From positions 61,757-125,756 of IMG/VR virus record IMGVR_UViG_3300035698_017497: a stretch of 64,000 nt of DNA; one strand, given 5' to 3'. The translations under genes were made by a program, and so were the position numbers. The stretch comes from a virus. Each line of letters opens with the position of its first letter. The first letter of the stretch is position 1. The notes beneath the pieces are model-generated. The model saw nothing but the letters and a program-made list of their open reading frames with translations. It was not told the origin of the DNA and searched no databases. Positions 37,087-46,386 of this stretch are shown here, piece after piece.

Positions 37087-37764
37087 ATGAGTCATTTCGC
37101 TTTAGGCGAGAAATACCCGATTGATACAAAAGATCAGGTAAAAACAGCTATGAATTATTTTACCAAGTATGTTGACAGATTTGAGCCAACGGATCGCGTT
37201 AAAATAGCTAGTAGCGTCAAGAAGCGTGCGTCGATGTTGAAGGTTGCGTGTAAAGAAGATTGGCTTTTCAACTATTCCAGATTCATGAATAAGGAAGCTT
37301 CATACACGCCCGACTTTGAGCACAATATAGAAAGTCGTAAAGAGTGGTGCCGCGTTAAGGGTGTTGAAAAAATCGCATCTAACGGAGTAGAGGTTGGAGC
37401 TATCAAAATGCTCGAGAAGATAGCCGAAAAGAAGAGTATAGTAGAGCCCCAGGTAATGGCCTCAACTCTTCAGGAATTCGACAAGCTTGCAGGGATTGAT
37501 GTTGACTATGATATACTTATCAACGATCCAGTGATGAGCGTTTGCGGATCTCGCAGTAATCCGAGATATGATTCCGTCAAGGTTGCTGGCGATCTTACTC
37601 AGTATGATATTGCTGAAGCTATTTGTAATAAAGATACTATGGAGAAGGTGGCTTCAACATTCAGCGATAATACCATCAATGCTTTCAAATCTAATCCGAT
37701 TATGACTGCAGCCAATATGACAACCGGAGATAAAGTAATCCTGTCTAATGTGATACGCGGATAG
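37087..37764 (+). CDS. K-x-A-rich head-associated protein (possible scaffold/core protein)
   Basis: Start at ATG 37087 (GAGGAG RBS); eight K-[ILVT]-A motifs; two genes upstream of the portal candidate. Confidence 0.6.
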   Translation: MSHFALGEKYPIDTKDQVKTAMNYFTKYVDRFEPTDRVKIASSVKKRASMLKVACKEDWLFNYSRFMNKEASYTPDFEHNIESRKEWCRVKGVEKIASNGVEVGAIKMLEKIAEKKSIVEPQVMASTLQEFDKLAGIDVDYDILINDPVMSVCGSRSNPRYDSVKVAGDLTQYDIAEAICNKDTMEKVASTFSDNTINAFKSNPIMTAANMTTGDKVILSNVIRG

Positions 37765-37798
37765 TATATTACTTTTGCATATTACAAAGGGCTAAAAC

Positions 37799-38551
37799 AT
37801 GACAACAAAACTTGGAAAAAGCATATTTGAATCCTATATTAGCGGTGACCGTAAAGCTATTCAGGAAGTCAAAGATATGGTTAATGAGCGTGACCAAAAG
37901 GTCAGAAACCTTAATAAGGAACGCTTCGTAATCTACAGCAGCACACTCTCTGCGGATAATCCTCCTGCCGTAGAGATTAATGACTTTCTTAATAAGATTT
38001 ACGGTGACGACTGGTGGGACGAATGGGAGATAGAGACTATCTTTGACCAAATCTATAGAGATTTTAAGGTCATCCCAAACAATAGAGTGAGAGATAAAGT
38101 TCTTGCGCTTAGACATCTGAGTAGGTCTGACGCTGCTTTTGATGACTGGTATGAGTTTGTGCAATTAGCTCAGGCTTTTACTGGTGCGATATCTGATTTT
38201 GAGAATCTAAGAATGCCGTCTGCTGGATCTGCGATAAATGCAATGATGGTGATGAATTATGTCAGGCCTGATATGAAAAATGAGTTTGGTGAAGACATAA
38301 AAAAATTCGTTAGTGTTGTACTTATTGATAGTGGAATTTACGCTCCTCCTCCATCAATAATACAACACGTGACTAGTACCATGAAAAATATGGTCACCAA
38401 AGAAATGCAGAAAAATTGGAAATCAATTTATCAGCATTTAAAAGAACTCAAGCTAGACAGCACATCTATCCCAAGCATACAAGCTAATAGACTGTATAGA
38501 TCAGAGCAAGCTGCTAAGAACTATTATTTCAAAGATATCTCGAAAGGGTAA
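37799..38551 (+). CDS. Hypothetical protein (head morphogenesis cluster)
   Basis: 250-aa ORF directly upstream of the portal candidate. Confidence 0.6.
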   Translation: MTTKLGKSIFESYISGDRKAIQEVKDMVNERDQKVRNLNKERFVIYSSTLSADNPPAVEINDFLNKIYGDDWWDEWEIETIFDQIYRDFKVIPNNRVRDKVLALRHLSRSDAAFDDWYEFVQLAQAFTGAISDFENLRMPSAGSAINAMMVMNYVRPDMKNEFGEDIKKFVSVVLIDSGIYAPPPSIIQHVTSTMKNMVTKEMQKNWKSIYQHLKELKLDSTSIPSIQANRLYRSEQAAKNYYFKDISKG

Positions 38552-38557
38552 TATACA

Positions 38558-40687
38558 ATGGCTAGTTTTGAAGATTTATCAGCTGGACAGGGAATAACGA
38601 CTCCATCGACTTCTGGAAGCAGTAGCACGGTTAGCTATTCGCTTTCTGACGCTGACCTAAGTTATGATAATCCTTTTCTTGACATGACGAGTACTTATAT
38701 TCCGACTCAACTTAAGACAATGTTTAAATTCATAGCTAGTTTTTTGTTTGGGGACCCGTTGGTGAATCAGGTCGTTACAAAGCTGTCTGAATATCCAATA
38801 ACGCAATTAGTATATGAGGCGTGGGAGACTTCGTTAAAGACTGACGATGAGCCTGAAAAGATATGGAAGAATATTCTTGAAAAATGCATAAATGTCAGGA
38901 AGCAGCTTATAGTATCTGGCAGTAACTATTACGGTTATGGTAACGGATACGTCTCGGTTCATTTCCCATTTACCAGAATGGTAAGATGCGTGAAATGCTT
39001 AGCGGCTAATGATGTAAATAACTTTATAACCGGGTCATTGAAATTCAATAAGAAAAAATATACTGGAAAATGTCCTAAGTGCAAAGCGACTACCGATTTT
39101 GAATACTATGACAATGATGTAAAAGATTATAGTAGGGTCAGGATGATTCACTGGGATGTTATGAATGTCACCGTGAAGTTTAATAACATTACAGGTGAAT
39201 CTTTTTATTATTATACTATTCCAGCCAATATTAATAGAGCTGTTAGTACTGGAGATCTTGATATAGTAAACAGTACACCCAAAGACGTTCTTAGGGCTAT
39301 TGCTGCAAATAAAAAACTTAAGCTAAAAAAAGGCAACTTTTTCCATCTCAAGCGTGAGCAGGCATCATACATATACCCAAGCGAAAGAGGATATGGGATA
39401 CCGGCTGTAATGCCAGTAATGAAATCTGTGGTACATAATCAGATTCTCAAAAAGGGAAATGAGATGATTGCATTTGAGCACATTGTCCCATTAAGAATTA
39501 TGTTTCCAATGGCTTCAGGCGAAATAAGTCCACACGTTACAACCGATCTTGGAACATGGAAAACTAAAGTTGACAATTCCATAAAAGCTTGGCGTAAAGA
39601 TAAAAATAAAATAATGACAGTGCCTCTTCCGGTAGGTATTCAGAATCTAGGCGGAGACGCTAAGGCCTTAATGGTCACTCCTGAGGTCAAGGCTACTGAA
39701 GAGAATATTATTACAGGTATGGGAATGATACCTGAGATAGTCAGAGGTGGAGCATCATGGTCTGGAAGTAATGTATCTCTCAGAGTAATAGAAAATAGTT
39801 TTCTAAATCACAGAAGTGACATGGAAGCTCTTTTGGAATTTGTGGTGGATCAAATAGCTGTAAAGTATGATTTGCCAAAAATTAAAGTCACCTTAAGTGA
39901 ATTTAAGATGGCTGACGATCTTCAAAGAAAACAGCTTATAATTAATGCTGCACGCGGAACAGCCAGCGAATCTATACTATCAAGAGAAACTGCCATAAAA
40001 GAGCTTGGGTTTGAGCCAGCAGAAGAATATAAAAATAAGCAGGCTGAGCTTAAAGAGATACTTGACCTCAGGGTTCAGGACGCCCAGGGCGATGCTCGCG
40101 CTAGAGGAGAGGCAAGTATTCTTGATGCTGTATTTGGTGCAGAGGCTGAGGTTGAGCATCAGAACAAGATACAGTCTGGACAGAGAGATGCTAATGAGAA
40201 AAGAGTGATAGCTGATAAGCAGAAATCTCAGGAGAATGCTGATGCTGTTTCTGGAGAAGTTAGCGCTCTTGCAAATGTTGCCGGAGTCAAGAGTCGCGAG
40301 ATATCGATGCCTGACCTTATTCTAAGATTAACTGAACGTTTTGCAATTCTCTCACGTTCTAATAGTGAAGAGTTTAAGATGAGAATGCTTAATATGAAAA
40401 CTTCAACTCCGGCGCTTTACGAGGAAGTTTACAATAATCTTCGTGAGCTTAACCTTATACAGGCTGACTTGAAGCCAGACCTGGCCGTAGCTCAGGAGCA
40501 AACACCTGGAGAGCTTCCTGTATACACTCAAGGCGAAGCTGCCGCACAGGCTCCCGCATCGCCAGCTGAGGCAGGTGCAAATCCTGGAGTAGCAGGAGAT
40601 AAGACTGGAGAAAGTGATAATAGCGAGACTGATACGAGGCCGAATCCGGAGGCAAAACCTCCGCGTAGGGTAACAGCTACAATATAA
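38558..40687 (+). CDS. Probable portal protein with Zn-ribbon insertion
   Basis: 709 aa; 'PLVNQVVTKLSEYPIT', 'YYGYGNGYVS', 'FFHLK...GYGIP', late 'LSRETAIKELGF', low-complexity tail; CVKC...CPKC insert. Confidence 0.65.
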   Translation: MASFEDLSAGQGITTPSTSGSSSTVSYSLSDADLSYDNPFLDMTSTYIPTQLKTMFKFIASFLFGDPLVNQVVTKLSEYPITQLVYEAWETSLKTDDEPEKIWKNILEKCINVRKQLIVSGSNYYGYGNGYVSVHFPFTRMVRCVKCLAANDVNNFITGSLKFNKKKYTGKCPKCKATTDFEYYDNDVKDYSRVRMIHWDVMNVTVKFNNITGESFYYYTIPANINRAVSTGDLDIVNSTPKDVLRAIAANKKLKLKKGNFFHLKREQASYIYPSERGYGIPAVMPVMKSVVHNQILKKGNEMIAFEHIVPLRIMFPMASGEISPHVTTDLGTWKTKVDNSIKAWRKDKNKIMTVPLPVGIQNLGGDAKALMVTPEVKATEENIITGMGMIPEIVRGGASWSGSNVSLRVIENSFLNHRSDMEALLEFVVDQIAVKYDLPKIKVTLSEFKMADDLQRKQLIINAARGTASESILSRETAIKELGFEPAEEYKNKQAELKEILDLRVQDAQGDARARGEASILDAVFGAEAEVEHQNKIQSGQRDANEKRVIADKQKSQENADAVSGEVSALANVAGVKSREISMPDLILRLTERFAILSRSNSEEFKMRMLNMKTSTPALYEEVYNNLRELNLIQADLKPDLAVAQEQTPGELPVYTQGEAAAQAPASPAEAGANPGVAGDKTGESDNSETDTRPNPEAKPPRRVTATI

Positions 40688-40723
40688 CGGCGTCCTTCGG
40701 CCCTTTTGTACGCCGTTGTGGTT

Positions 40724-40760
40724 GGGTGGATTGGTTATTATCGATTCACCCTTCTTTATT
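40724..40760 (+). terminator. Rho-independent terminator ending the + arm
   Basis: GGGTGGATTGGT-tatt-ATCGATTCACCC (G-U pairs) then TTCTTTATT; a second hairpin AACGGCGT/ACGCCGTT lies just upstream. Confidence 0.65.
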
Positions 40761-40767
40761 GATGGCT

Positions 40768-40797
40768 AAAAAAAAGCGCCAGGAAAACCTGGCACTT
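40768..40797 (-). terminator. Rho-independent terminator ending the Ubl operon
   Basis: Minus strand AGTGCCAGG-tttt-CCTGGCGCT followed by a T run. Confidence 0.85.
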
Positions 40798-40824
40798 CTT
40801 ATATCTGCATTACATCATTTTTAA

Positions 40825-41313
40825 TTAAGCTGCGTTAACAGGTTTGTTAAAAACAACAGAAACCTCTTTGTTTGAATTTGCAACAAGGTGATCTGACCAT
40901 CGTGCAGGCATTCCATTCATTGAGATTTTGTACGTATCGATAATACCAGCCTGTGCTCCATTAAAGAGTTTGCTGACAACATCGTTGCTACATGAATCAA
41001 AAACCTGCTTAATTGTCATACCGGAAACCTCAGGCACTGGAACTCTTACCGGGGCACATCCTGAATTCACAAACAGGATGGTGTAAAAAGAATCTTCAGC
41101 TGACGCAGCGTTAACCTTTTTGTTTCCAACGACAACCGAAAATCCATCATGCAGAATGCAATATACAGAATCTGGTTTTATTCCGTTGACAGTTACCGCA
41201 TTGTCGGAAAATGAGTACCCCTCTTTTACGAGAAGCTCGCTAAGTGTTGCGCCTGTACGAAGTGTTACGTTAGCGATTCCATGACCGATTCTGGCTACTT
41301 TTACTGTAATCAT
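40825..41313 (-). CDS. Tandem ubiquitin-like (beta-grasp, MoaD/ThiS-like) protein
   Basis: Domain 1 'MITVKV...GATLSELL...VTVNG...LHDGFSVVV' ends NKKVNAA (aa 70). Domain 2 'GMTIKQVF...ISMNG...VSVVF' ends NKPVNAA. AGGAG RBS; adjacent to an E1 gene. Confidence 0.75.
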   Translation of the reverse strand: MITVKVARIGHGIANVTLRTGATLSELLVKEGYSFSDNAVTVNGIKPDSVYCILHDGFSVVVGNKKVNAASAEDSFYTILFVNSGCAPVRVPVPEVSGMTIKQVFDSCSNDVVSKLFNGAQAGIIDTYKISMNGMPARWSDHLVANSNKEVSVVFNKPVNAA

Positions 41314-41378
41314 AATACTTGTTCTCCTACGTTGTTAGTTAATAAAAAAAATTGCTTACCAGTGTATCAGTGTGATGA

Positions 41379-42122
41379 TTAAGGAAATAGCGCTGGGCTT
41401 CTTGTGTTTGTATAGTCGAATCCAATTACTCCGTATGGACTCAACTGAATTTGTAGCTCGTTCCAGATTACTGGCTCCTGACCATCTCTATTGGAACGAA
41501 AATGATGCATCATCTGAGAGACGCATGTCGTTGCAAGATATATAGCTGTTACCGCTACGCTTGCTGGTGTACCGCAGCCCCCTGCAATACTCTCTTCGTC
41601 TGAATACCACTTACTAAGCCAAACCTTTGAAAGATCATAGCTCTGTGGATTCACCGCAAAAACCATTCCCTCAGTAGAGCCCATGCGTGCTTCTACCATA
41701 AGCTTTGTAAAGGAATTAAACTTGAGCATATGCTCAAAGATCATTTTTCTAGTTTCCATCGAATCGACAGCTAGAAAAGTGTAATCTGCTCTGATGTGAG
41801 TAGCGTCGCTATCTTCCGTGACTCTCTCATTGTGTGTATGGATATCAAACCCCATCTTGTCTTTGATAAGACTTGCTAGAGCATCTACCTTAGGCATTCC
41901 GACATGCTTCATCATGTAGGCTTGGTTTGGAAGGTTGTGTTCTTCAACGATATCCATATCGTAAACATGTAACTCTCCACAGTTAGGTTTACAGAATCCC
42001 ATTTGTGCTAACTGTAAGGCCACGTGCGATCCGACTGCTCCGACGCCAATTATTGCGACCTTAACTCCTTTAAACTCGTCAGGGTTAACGAAGCTAAGCT
42101 GTCTGGTGAAATCAATTGCCAT
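41379..42122 (-). CDS. E1-like ThiF/MoeB family adenylyltransferase
   Basis: 'VAIIGVGAVGSHVA', 'DMDIVEEHNLPNQ', 'GMPKVDAL', 'AVDSMETRK'; candidate catalytic Cys in 'GGCGTP'; GGAGG RBS. Confidence 0.92.
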   Translation of the reverse strand: MAIDFTRQLSFVNPDEFKGVKVAIIGVGAVGSHVALQLAQMGFCKPNCGELHVYDMDIVEEHNLPNQAYMMKHVGMPKVDALASLIKDKMGFDIHTHNERVTEDSDATHIRADYTFLAVDSMETRKMIFEHMLKFNSFTKLMVEARMGSTEGMVFAVNPQSYDLSKVWLSKWYSDEESIAGGCGTPASVAVTAIYLATTCVSQMMHHFRSNRDGQEPVIWNELQIQLSPYGVIGFDYTNTRSPALFP

Positions 42123-42124
42123 TA

Positions 42125-43087
42125 TTAAAATCCTCCTTGAGGGTTGTCAAAAGAACCATCTAGAAATGTATTGTCGTCCTGAGCATAAACCATTTCATCA
42201 AAATGAGAATTTTTATTTTCTCTTTTTGACATATTTCTATGATTCATTTTTACGCCACGGTTATCGATTACGGAATGATGTCCGTTTTTTGAGTGGTGAC
42301 CGTAATTGCGTTGGAAGTTATCGGGTGTCGGCCTATCATCTTGAATCAGCTGACTTTGGGAGTTACTGTAAACTTCCTGAACTGGAGGAATTGCTGCAAG
42401 TATTCTTTTTTTAGAAAGATACTTTACAACGTTTGTTATCTTTGGATTTAGAAAATATCCATCCCTAGCAACATCACAGACTTGATTAATTGTTTTGATC
42501 TTATCCATAGTAGACAAATCAGTATTATTAGCAAGTTCTACTAAGGCTCCATTTAGCAACTTTCCGTTACTTAACTCTTCCTCCTGGGTAAGTCTTACCA
42601 AATATGGCATCTCGTATCTAATGCTATTTTTAACATCATACAAATGGATAGTATGCTCCATTCTTTTGTTAAAAACAGCTGAGATATAGTACTCACCATT
42701 AGCGGATTCTCTCAGGAAACGATTGGTAGTGGCATTATCTGTACCAGAGAAATATGCGCTCATGTTAACATGTGAATGAGCCCATCCCCTGATATTTTCA
42801 GTCTCGTCAGCTCTACCTCTATTAAAAAGGTAAAGGAACAGTTCAGTGTCAGCATAATCATCCAACTCGCAATATGCAGCTTGCATAATTTTCTGCTTTG
42901 GATAAAATATATTATACACTTCGTATTCGTTAACAGCCCCGGGGACGCGTTGGACAAACAGCATGAATATAACTTCCATGTCGTGTTGTGATATCATCTC
43001 CCTTATCTTCTGGTCCGTGCTTCCCGTAAAATAAAGCGACGGGAAGGTTGACTCATCATAGCATTTAGCTGTGACTTTTGTAGACAT
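42125..43087 (-). CDS. JAB/MPN+ (JAMM) metallo-isopeptidase
   Basis: 'GWAHSHVNMSAYFSGTD' matches HxH-x7-S-x2-D; upstream Glu in 'DMEV'; start placed at ATG 43087, next to the upstream stop. Confidence 0.88.
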   Translation of the reverse strand: MSTKVTAKCYDESTFPSLYFTGSTDQKIREMISQHDMEVIFMLFVQRVPGAVNEYEVYNIFYPKQKIMQAAYCELDDYADTELFLYLFNRGRADETENIRGWAHSHVNMSAYFSGTDNATTNRFLRESANGEYYISAVFNKRMEHTIHLYDVKNSIRYEMPYLVRLTQEEELSNGKLLNGALVELANNTDLSTMDKIKTINQVCDVARDGYFLNPKITNVVKYLSKKRILAAIPPVQEVYSNSQSQLIQDDRPTPDNFQRNYGHHSKNGHHSVIDNRGVKMNHRNMSKRENKNSHFDEMVYAQDDNTFLDGSFDNPQGGF

Positions 43088-43088
43088 G

Positions 43089-44498
43089 TTACTCACCACT
43101 TTCTACAAGAGGGAATCTTGTCGTTATTTTGCCAAACGTGTCACTGAGATTTGGATGCTGTATCATATGTATTATTATAGATAGCACACCGTCCATATTC
43201 TCATCACGAATAGCATTCATAAGATCGTTTGCATATCCACCGAAACATGTAGAAGTCTTTACTCCACCGTCACGGCCGACAGTGTTTCTGGTATGCGGAG
43301 AATCTATCGGATTTTCTGCACCTGACTCAATTATCCAATCACTTATATTATGGATGGATATGTGAGAAGTGCTAACAGCTGGATTGGCACTGTTCAGCAT
43401 TTGGATGGGAAGTTTTATGATAAGCTTACCAATATTATACACGTTGCCATTAACGCCATCAGCATGTATGTCGTTTGTAACGATACACACGTAGTCGCCT
43501 TTTACCAACACCTTCTCAATCAAAGGATTGCGGTTACAGTATAACATAAGTGAAAACACGTTCCCCTTAGCAGTGTTCGATCTGTCAATCTGACCCGTAA
43601 GAGCTTGAATTTTATTTTGAGCTCTCAGAATATCATTACTAAGTTTGCTGATAGCAGCTTGGTACTCGTTTACGGCCTGAACCAAGTCATCCTCATTTGA
43701 CGGAGTTGCCAGAATTCCATGCTTGACTCTGACAAAGTCTTTTGCAAAACTTTCGATAGTGGCGCTCACTTCGATTTCGGTAGCCTCAGAATCTGGTCGC
43801 CTCCACATAAGATCGGGATTTGACGTAAGGTTGGATTCGTAATCACGAATTCTGTTATCCTTACGGCCATATTTCATCATACGATCTCTTGGTGGAATCT
43901 CAGGGTCTGGAGCTGGCGCCTGTGCTGGTCCAGGAATAACCTGATTTAACGGCCTGTCATTTCCGGTGAGTACGCCCATGGCAGCTTCATCTCTTTCTTC
44001 ATTTAGCCTATCGCCGTACACGAATCCGTCCTCTACGAGATCATCTTCTGTGGTCGTATCATTCTCGAAGAGCAATCTAGCCTCAGTTTCCTCATCATGC
44101 TGATTATCATTTTGCGCATCCTCTGTATTATCATGCGGCGCTGGGTCTGGTAACGCTACTTCATTTACCCTAACCATAAATGATATTGGTGATCCAGCGG
44201 ATACTATTGGGGATATTGTGGTATTGCCAATAGTTGCAAAAAAGTCCGAAAGATATTCTGATTTAAAGATGGTGTGTGCGATTAGTCTCATGCAGGTAAT
44301 GGCGTCATTTTCGACATTCTCCAACAGTCGTTCTTCGCCGCACCACGGTCTACCATCGTGCTCTATCAAGACTGTACTCCTTCCGCTGTCGGCTGGCGAT
44401 GTAAATGCATTAAAACCATCCATCAAAGCTGGATTCACCAATGTAACTAAATCACTGGCTTCGCGAGGAAGCTTGCTATTTCCTAAAACAAAACTCAT
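43089..44498 (-). CDS. Coiled-coil plus prokaryotic E2-like (UBC-fold) protein 2
   Basis: C-terminal 'SPHTRN...STCFGGY...NLSDTFG...FP' (PH...C-x-G); operonic with E1, JAB and Ubl; homologous to the next ORF. Confidence 0.6.
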   Translation of the reverse strand: MSFVLGNSKLPREASDLVTLVNPALMDGFNAFTSPADSGRSTVLIEHDGRPWCGEERLLENVENDAITCMRLIAHTIFKSEYLSDFFATIGNTTISPIVSAGSPISFMVRVNEVALPDPAPHDNTEDAQNDNQHDEETEARLLFENDTTTEDDLVEDGFVYGDRLNEERDEAAMGVLTGNDRPLNQVIPGPAQAPAPDPEIPPRDRMMKYGRKDNRIRDYESNLTSNPDLMWRRPDSEATEIEVSATIESFAKDFVRVKHGILATPSNEDDLVQAVNEYQAAISKLSNDILRAQNKIQALTGQIDRSNTAKGNVFSLMLYCNRNPLIEKVLVKGDYVCIVTNDIHADGVNGNVYNIGKLIIKLPIQMLNSANPAVSTSHISIHNISDWIIESGAENPIDSPHTRNTVGRDGGVKTSTCFGGYANDLMNAIRDENMDGVLSIIIHMIQHPNLSDTFGKITTRFPLVESGE

Positions 44499-44532
44499 AA
44501 GAGTCTGCCTTTCTTTAAAATATTAAAACAAA

Positions 44533-46242
44533 TTATCTATGAAATGCAGCACGGAGACGATTAACTTCATTGTGAGTGTCTTCCAGTCCTGCGATATTAA
44601 ACGCACATCCGAGATTATTCTCTATCATAACCTCATCGCGGGTAACTCTAGGCCAACATTTTACCTTGCTTCCAGCCGCGTCATTGAAGTTTACTGAGCA
44701 CAAGTAATTAATGCACATCAATAGCGCACTTGAAATATCATATGCTGCAAGCGCTTCGCTTAGACCAATAGTCAATTCGCCTTCGCAAGGTCTACCCTCC
44801 CCGTTGACATGTGGAGCATGGGATCTTTTCCAGAAAGCGTCCACAACACGTGTAGTATTGTACATTCTTAAAGTATAAGTAGTCTTTCTGGCACTTTCTC
44901 CATACTTTACATTTAACCTTATGCAAAATGCGCCTATGTCAAACCAGGCATCTTCGCCAAGTTCAGTCACATTAGCATACAGATTCTTCGTGTAGGCTGT
45001 AACAGTTAGTAATGACATGCTACCATCAGTATTCATCTGCTTGTCCACATTGACCATATTAACCTTTTCGTGGTTCTGTATAGCCCTGATACTGATATCG
45101 ATATTGTCATTGCAAATCCCCTTAGAACTCAAAAGCATGATATCGCTTTTGACGGTACTGAGAGCTTGCTTTTTAGATATGATACGACTCATCAGTTCCT
45201 CTAGGTTGACAATGATAGTATCTAGCTCAGTCTTTTTACTTCTCAGGAGGGCTTCTGATTGATATTTTGCAACATCCTTAATCTCAGATTCAAATCTATC
45301 AATTGCCTCTTTGTAAATGCTTGTGTCAAACTCGAGCATTTGTTTATAGCTCATAGCTCTATCGAACCTTGGGATTAGCGTGTCAATAACAATGTCAACG
45401 GTGCTTGAATTGTTGTACAGAATAAATAGCGAGTCGTATATAGTCTCTATTGCAAGAGTTGCTCCAGTAATAGTATCTTTATATATTTTCTTAATATTTT
45501 TAACGTACTTGCTATTTATCCCAACTATAGGAGTTGATGTTCCGGCTGAAGAAATACCATTATACCTTGATGAATTTGCTCCGTTGATAGTAATTGAAGC
45601 GTGAAGTTCTTGAGAGTTTTTAGTTGCAGATCTTAAGTTGAACGTGTCTGTACTATCCCCTCCAGAGCTTGCCGAAAGAAGTGCCATTTCAGAAGACTGT
45701 TTCGTAAAAGCCTCAAGAGATTCTACGTTTACGAATCTTGTTAGGAATATCTTGTTAGAGATGTGGGCTAGGAGTTCAGTGGTTGACATAGACATATCTT
45801 GCCTCATCGATTCAACATCCTCAGTCGACATCATACCTCCAACTGCTATGGCTGAAAGAAAACTTGACATTCTTCCTAGAGTTGAATACAAATTTGTATC
45901 AGTAAATCCTTTAATCCACATGATTTTAGATTTAGGATGCCATAATTTTAAATCATTAAATTTATTTAAAACTCTAGCGGCTAAATTTATACGAACTGTC
46001 GGGGTCAAATGAGACTGCACAATAAGATCGACACCATTAGTGGCTAACATAATACCATTAGTCCCGATAAGTCCAGGGATCATTCCTGCAAGCTTGCCGT
46101 CTATATTGATATGCTTTATGCCAGAGCTCGAAACTGACCCGAATTCATTGATAATTTTTATAATCACCTCATTAATATCCTTAACTCCAGAACGATGCAT
46201 CATGTCTAAAATAAAGTATCTTCTAATTTTGTTAAAATTCAT
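44533..46242 (-). CDS. Coiled-coil plus prokaryotic E2-like (UBC-fold) protein 1
   Basis: 'HAPHVNGEGRPCEG' resembles the UBC 'HPNV...G-x-x-C' active site; later 'NFNDAAG...WP'; GGAG RBS. Confidence 0.7.
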   Translation of the reverse strand: MNFNKIRRYFILDMMHRSGVKDINEVIIKIINEFGSVSSSGIKHINIDGKLAGMIPGLIGTNGIMLATNGVDLIVQSHLTPTVRINLAARVLNKFNDLKLWHPKSKIMWIKGFTDTNLYSTLGRMSSFLSAIAVGGMMSTEDVESMRQDMSMSTTELLAHISNKIFLTRFVNVESLEAFTKQSSEMALLSASSGGDSTDTFNLRSATKNSQELHASITINGANSSRYNGISSAGTSTPIVGINSKYVKNIKKIYKDTITGATLAIETIYDSLFILYNNSSTVDIVIDTLIPRFDRAMSYKQMLEFDTSIYKEAIDRFESEIKDVAKYQSEALLRSKKTELDTIIVNLEELMSRIISKKQALSTVKSDIMLLSSKGICNDNIDISIRAIQNHEKVNMVNVDKQMNTDGSMSLLTVTAYTKNLYANVTELGEDAWFDIGAFCIRLNVKYGESARKTTYTLRMYNTTRVVDAFWKRSHAPHVNGEGRPCEGELTIGLSEALAAYDISSALLMCINYLCSVNFNDAAGSKVKCWPRVTRDEVMIENNLGCAFNIAGLEDTHNEVNRLRAAFHR

Positions 46243-46289
46243 AATATAATCTCCAAATCTTTTTTAATTAATAAGTAAATAAAAACCCC

Positions 46290-46307
46290 TTCACTATTAT
46301 TATCTCA
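46290..46307 (-). promoter_or_regulatory. Putative promoter of the Ubl operon (TGAGATAATAATAGTGAA)
   Basis: Extended -10-like element; the same ATRATAATAGTRA string occurs at 54080-54095 and 61140-61157. Confidence 0.5.
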
Positions 46308-46330
46308 TTTTTTATATATGAAATAACATT

Positions 46331-46364
46331 AAAAGAGCCCTAACTATTTAAGTTAAGGCTTTTT
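46331..46364 (-). terminator. Probable terminator after the SNF2 gene
   Basis: Minus strand GCCTTAACT-taaat-AGTTAGGGC then TCTTTT; T runs on both strands, possibly bidirectional. Confidence 0.65.
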
Positions 46365-46386
46365 CAATAAATGATATGCTCGGGGA

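Noticed and set aside
761-40655. Numerous short minus-strand and out-of-frame ORFs inside the + arm genes, and plus-strand ORFs inside the - arm genes
   Set aside because: They are shadow ORFs overlapping longer genes, with no recognisable motifs.
41379-42122. ThiF/MoeB as a thiamine or molybdopterin biosynthesis gene
   Set aside because: No thi/moa genes or rhodanese nearby, the Ubl lacks GG, and JAB plus E2-like genes are in the same operon.
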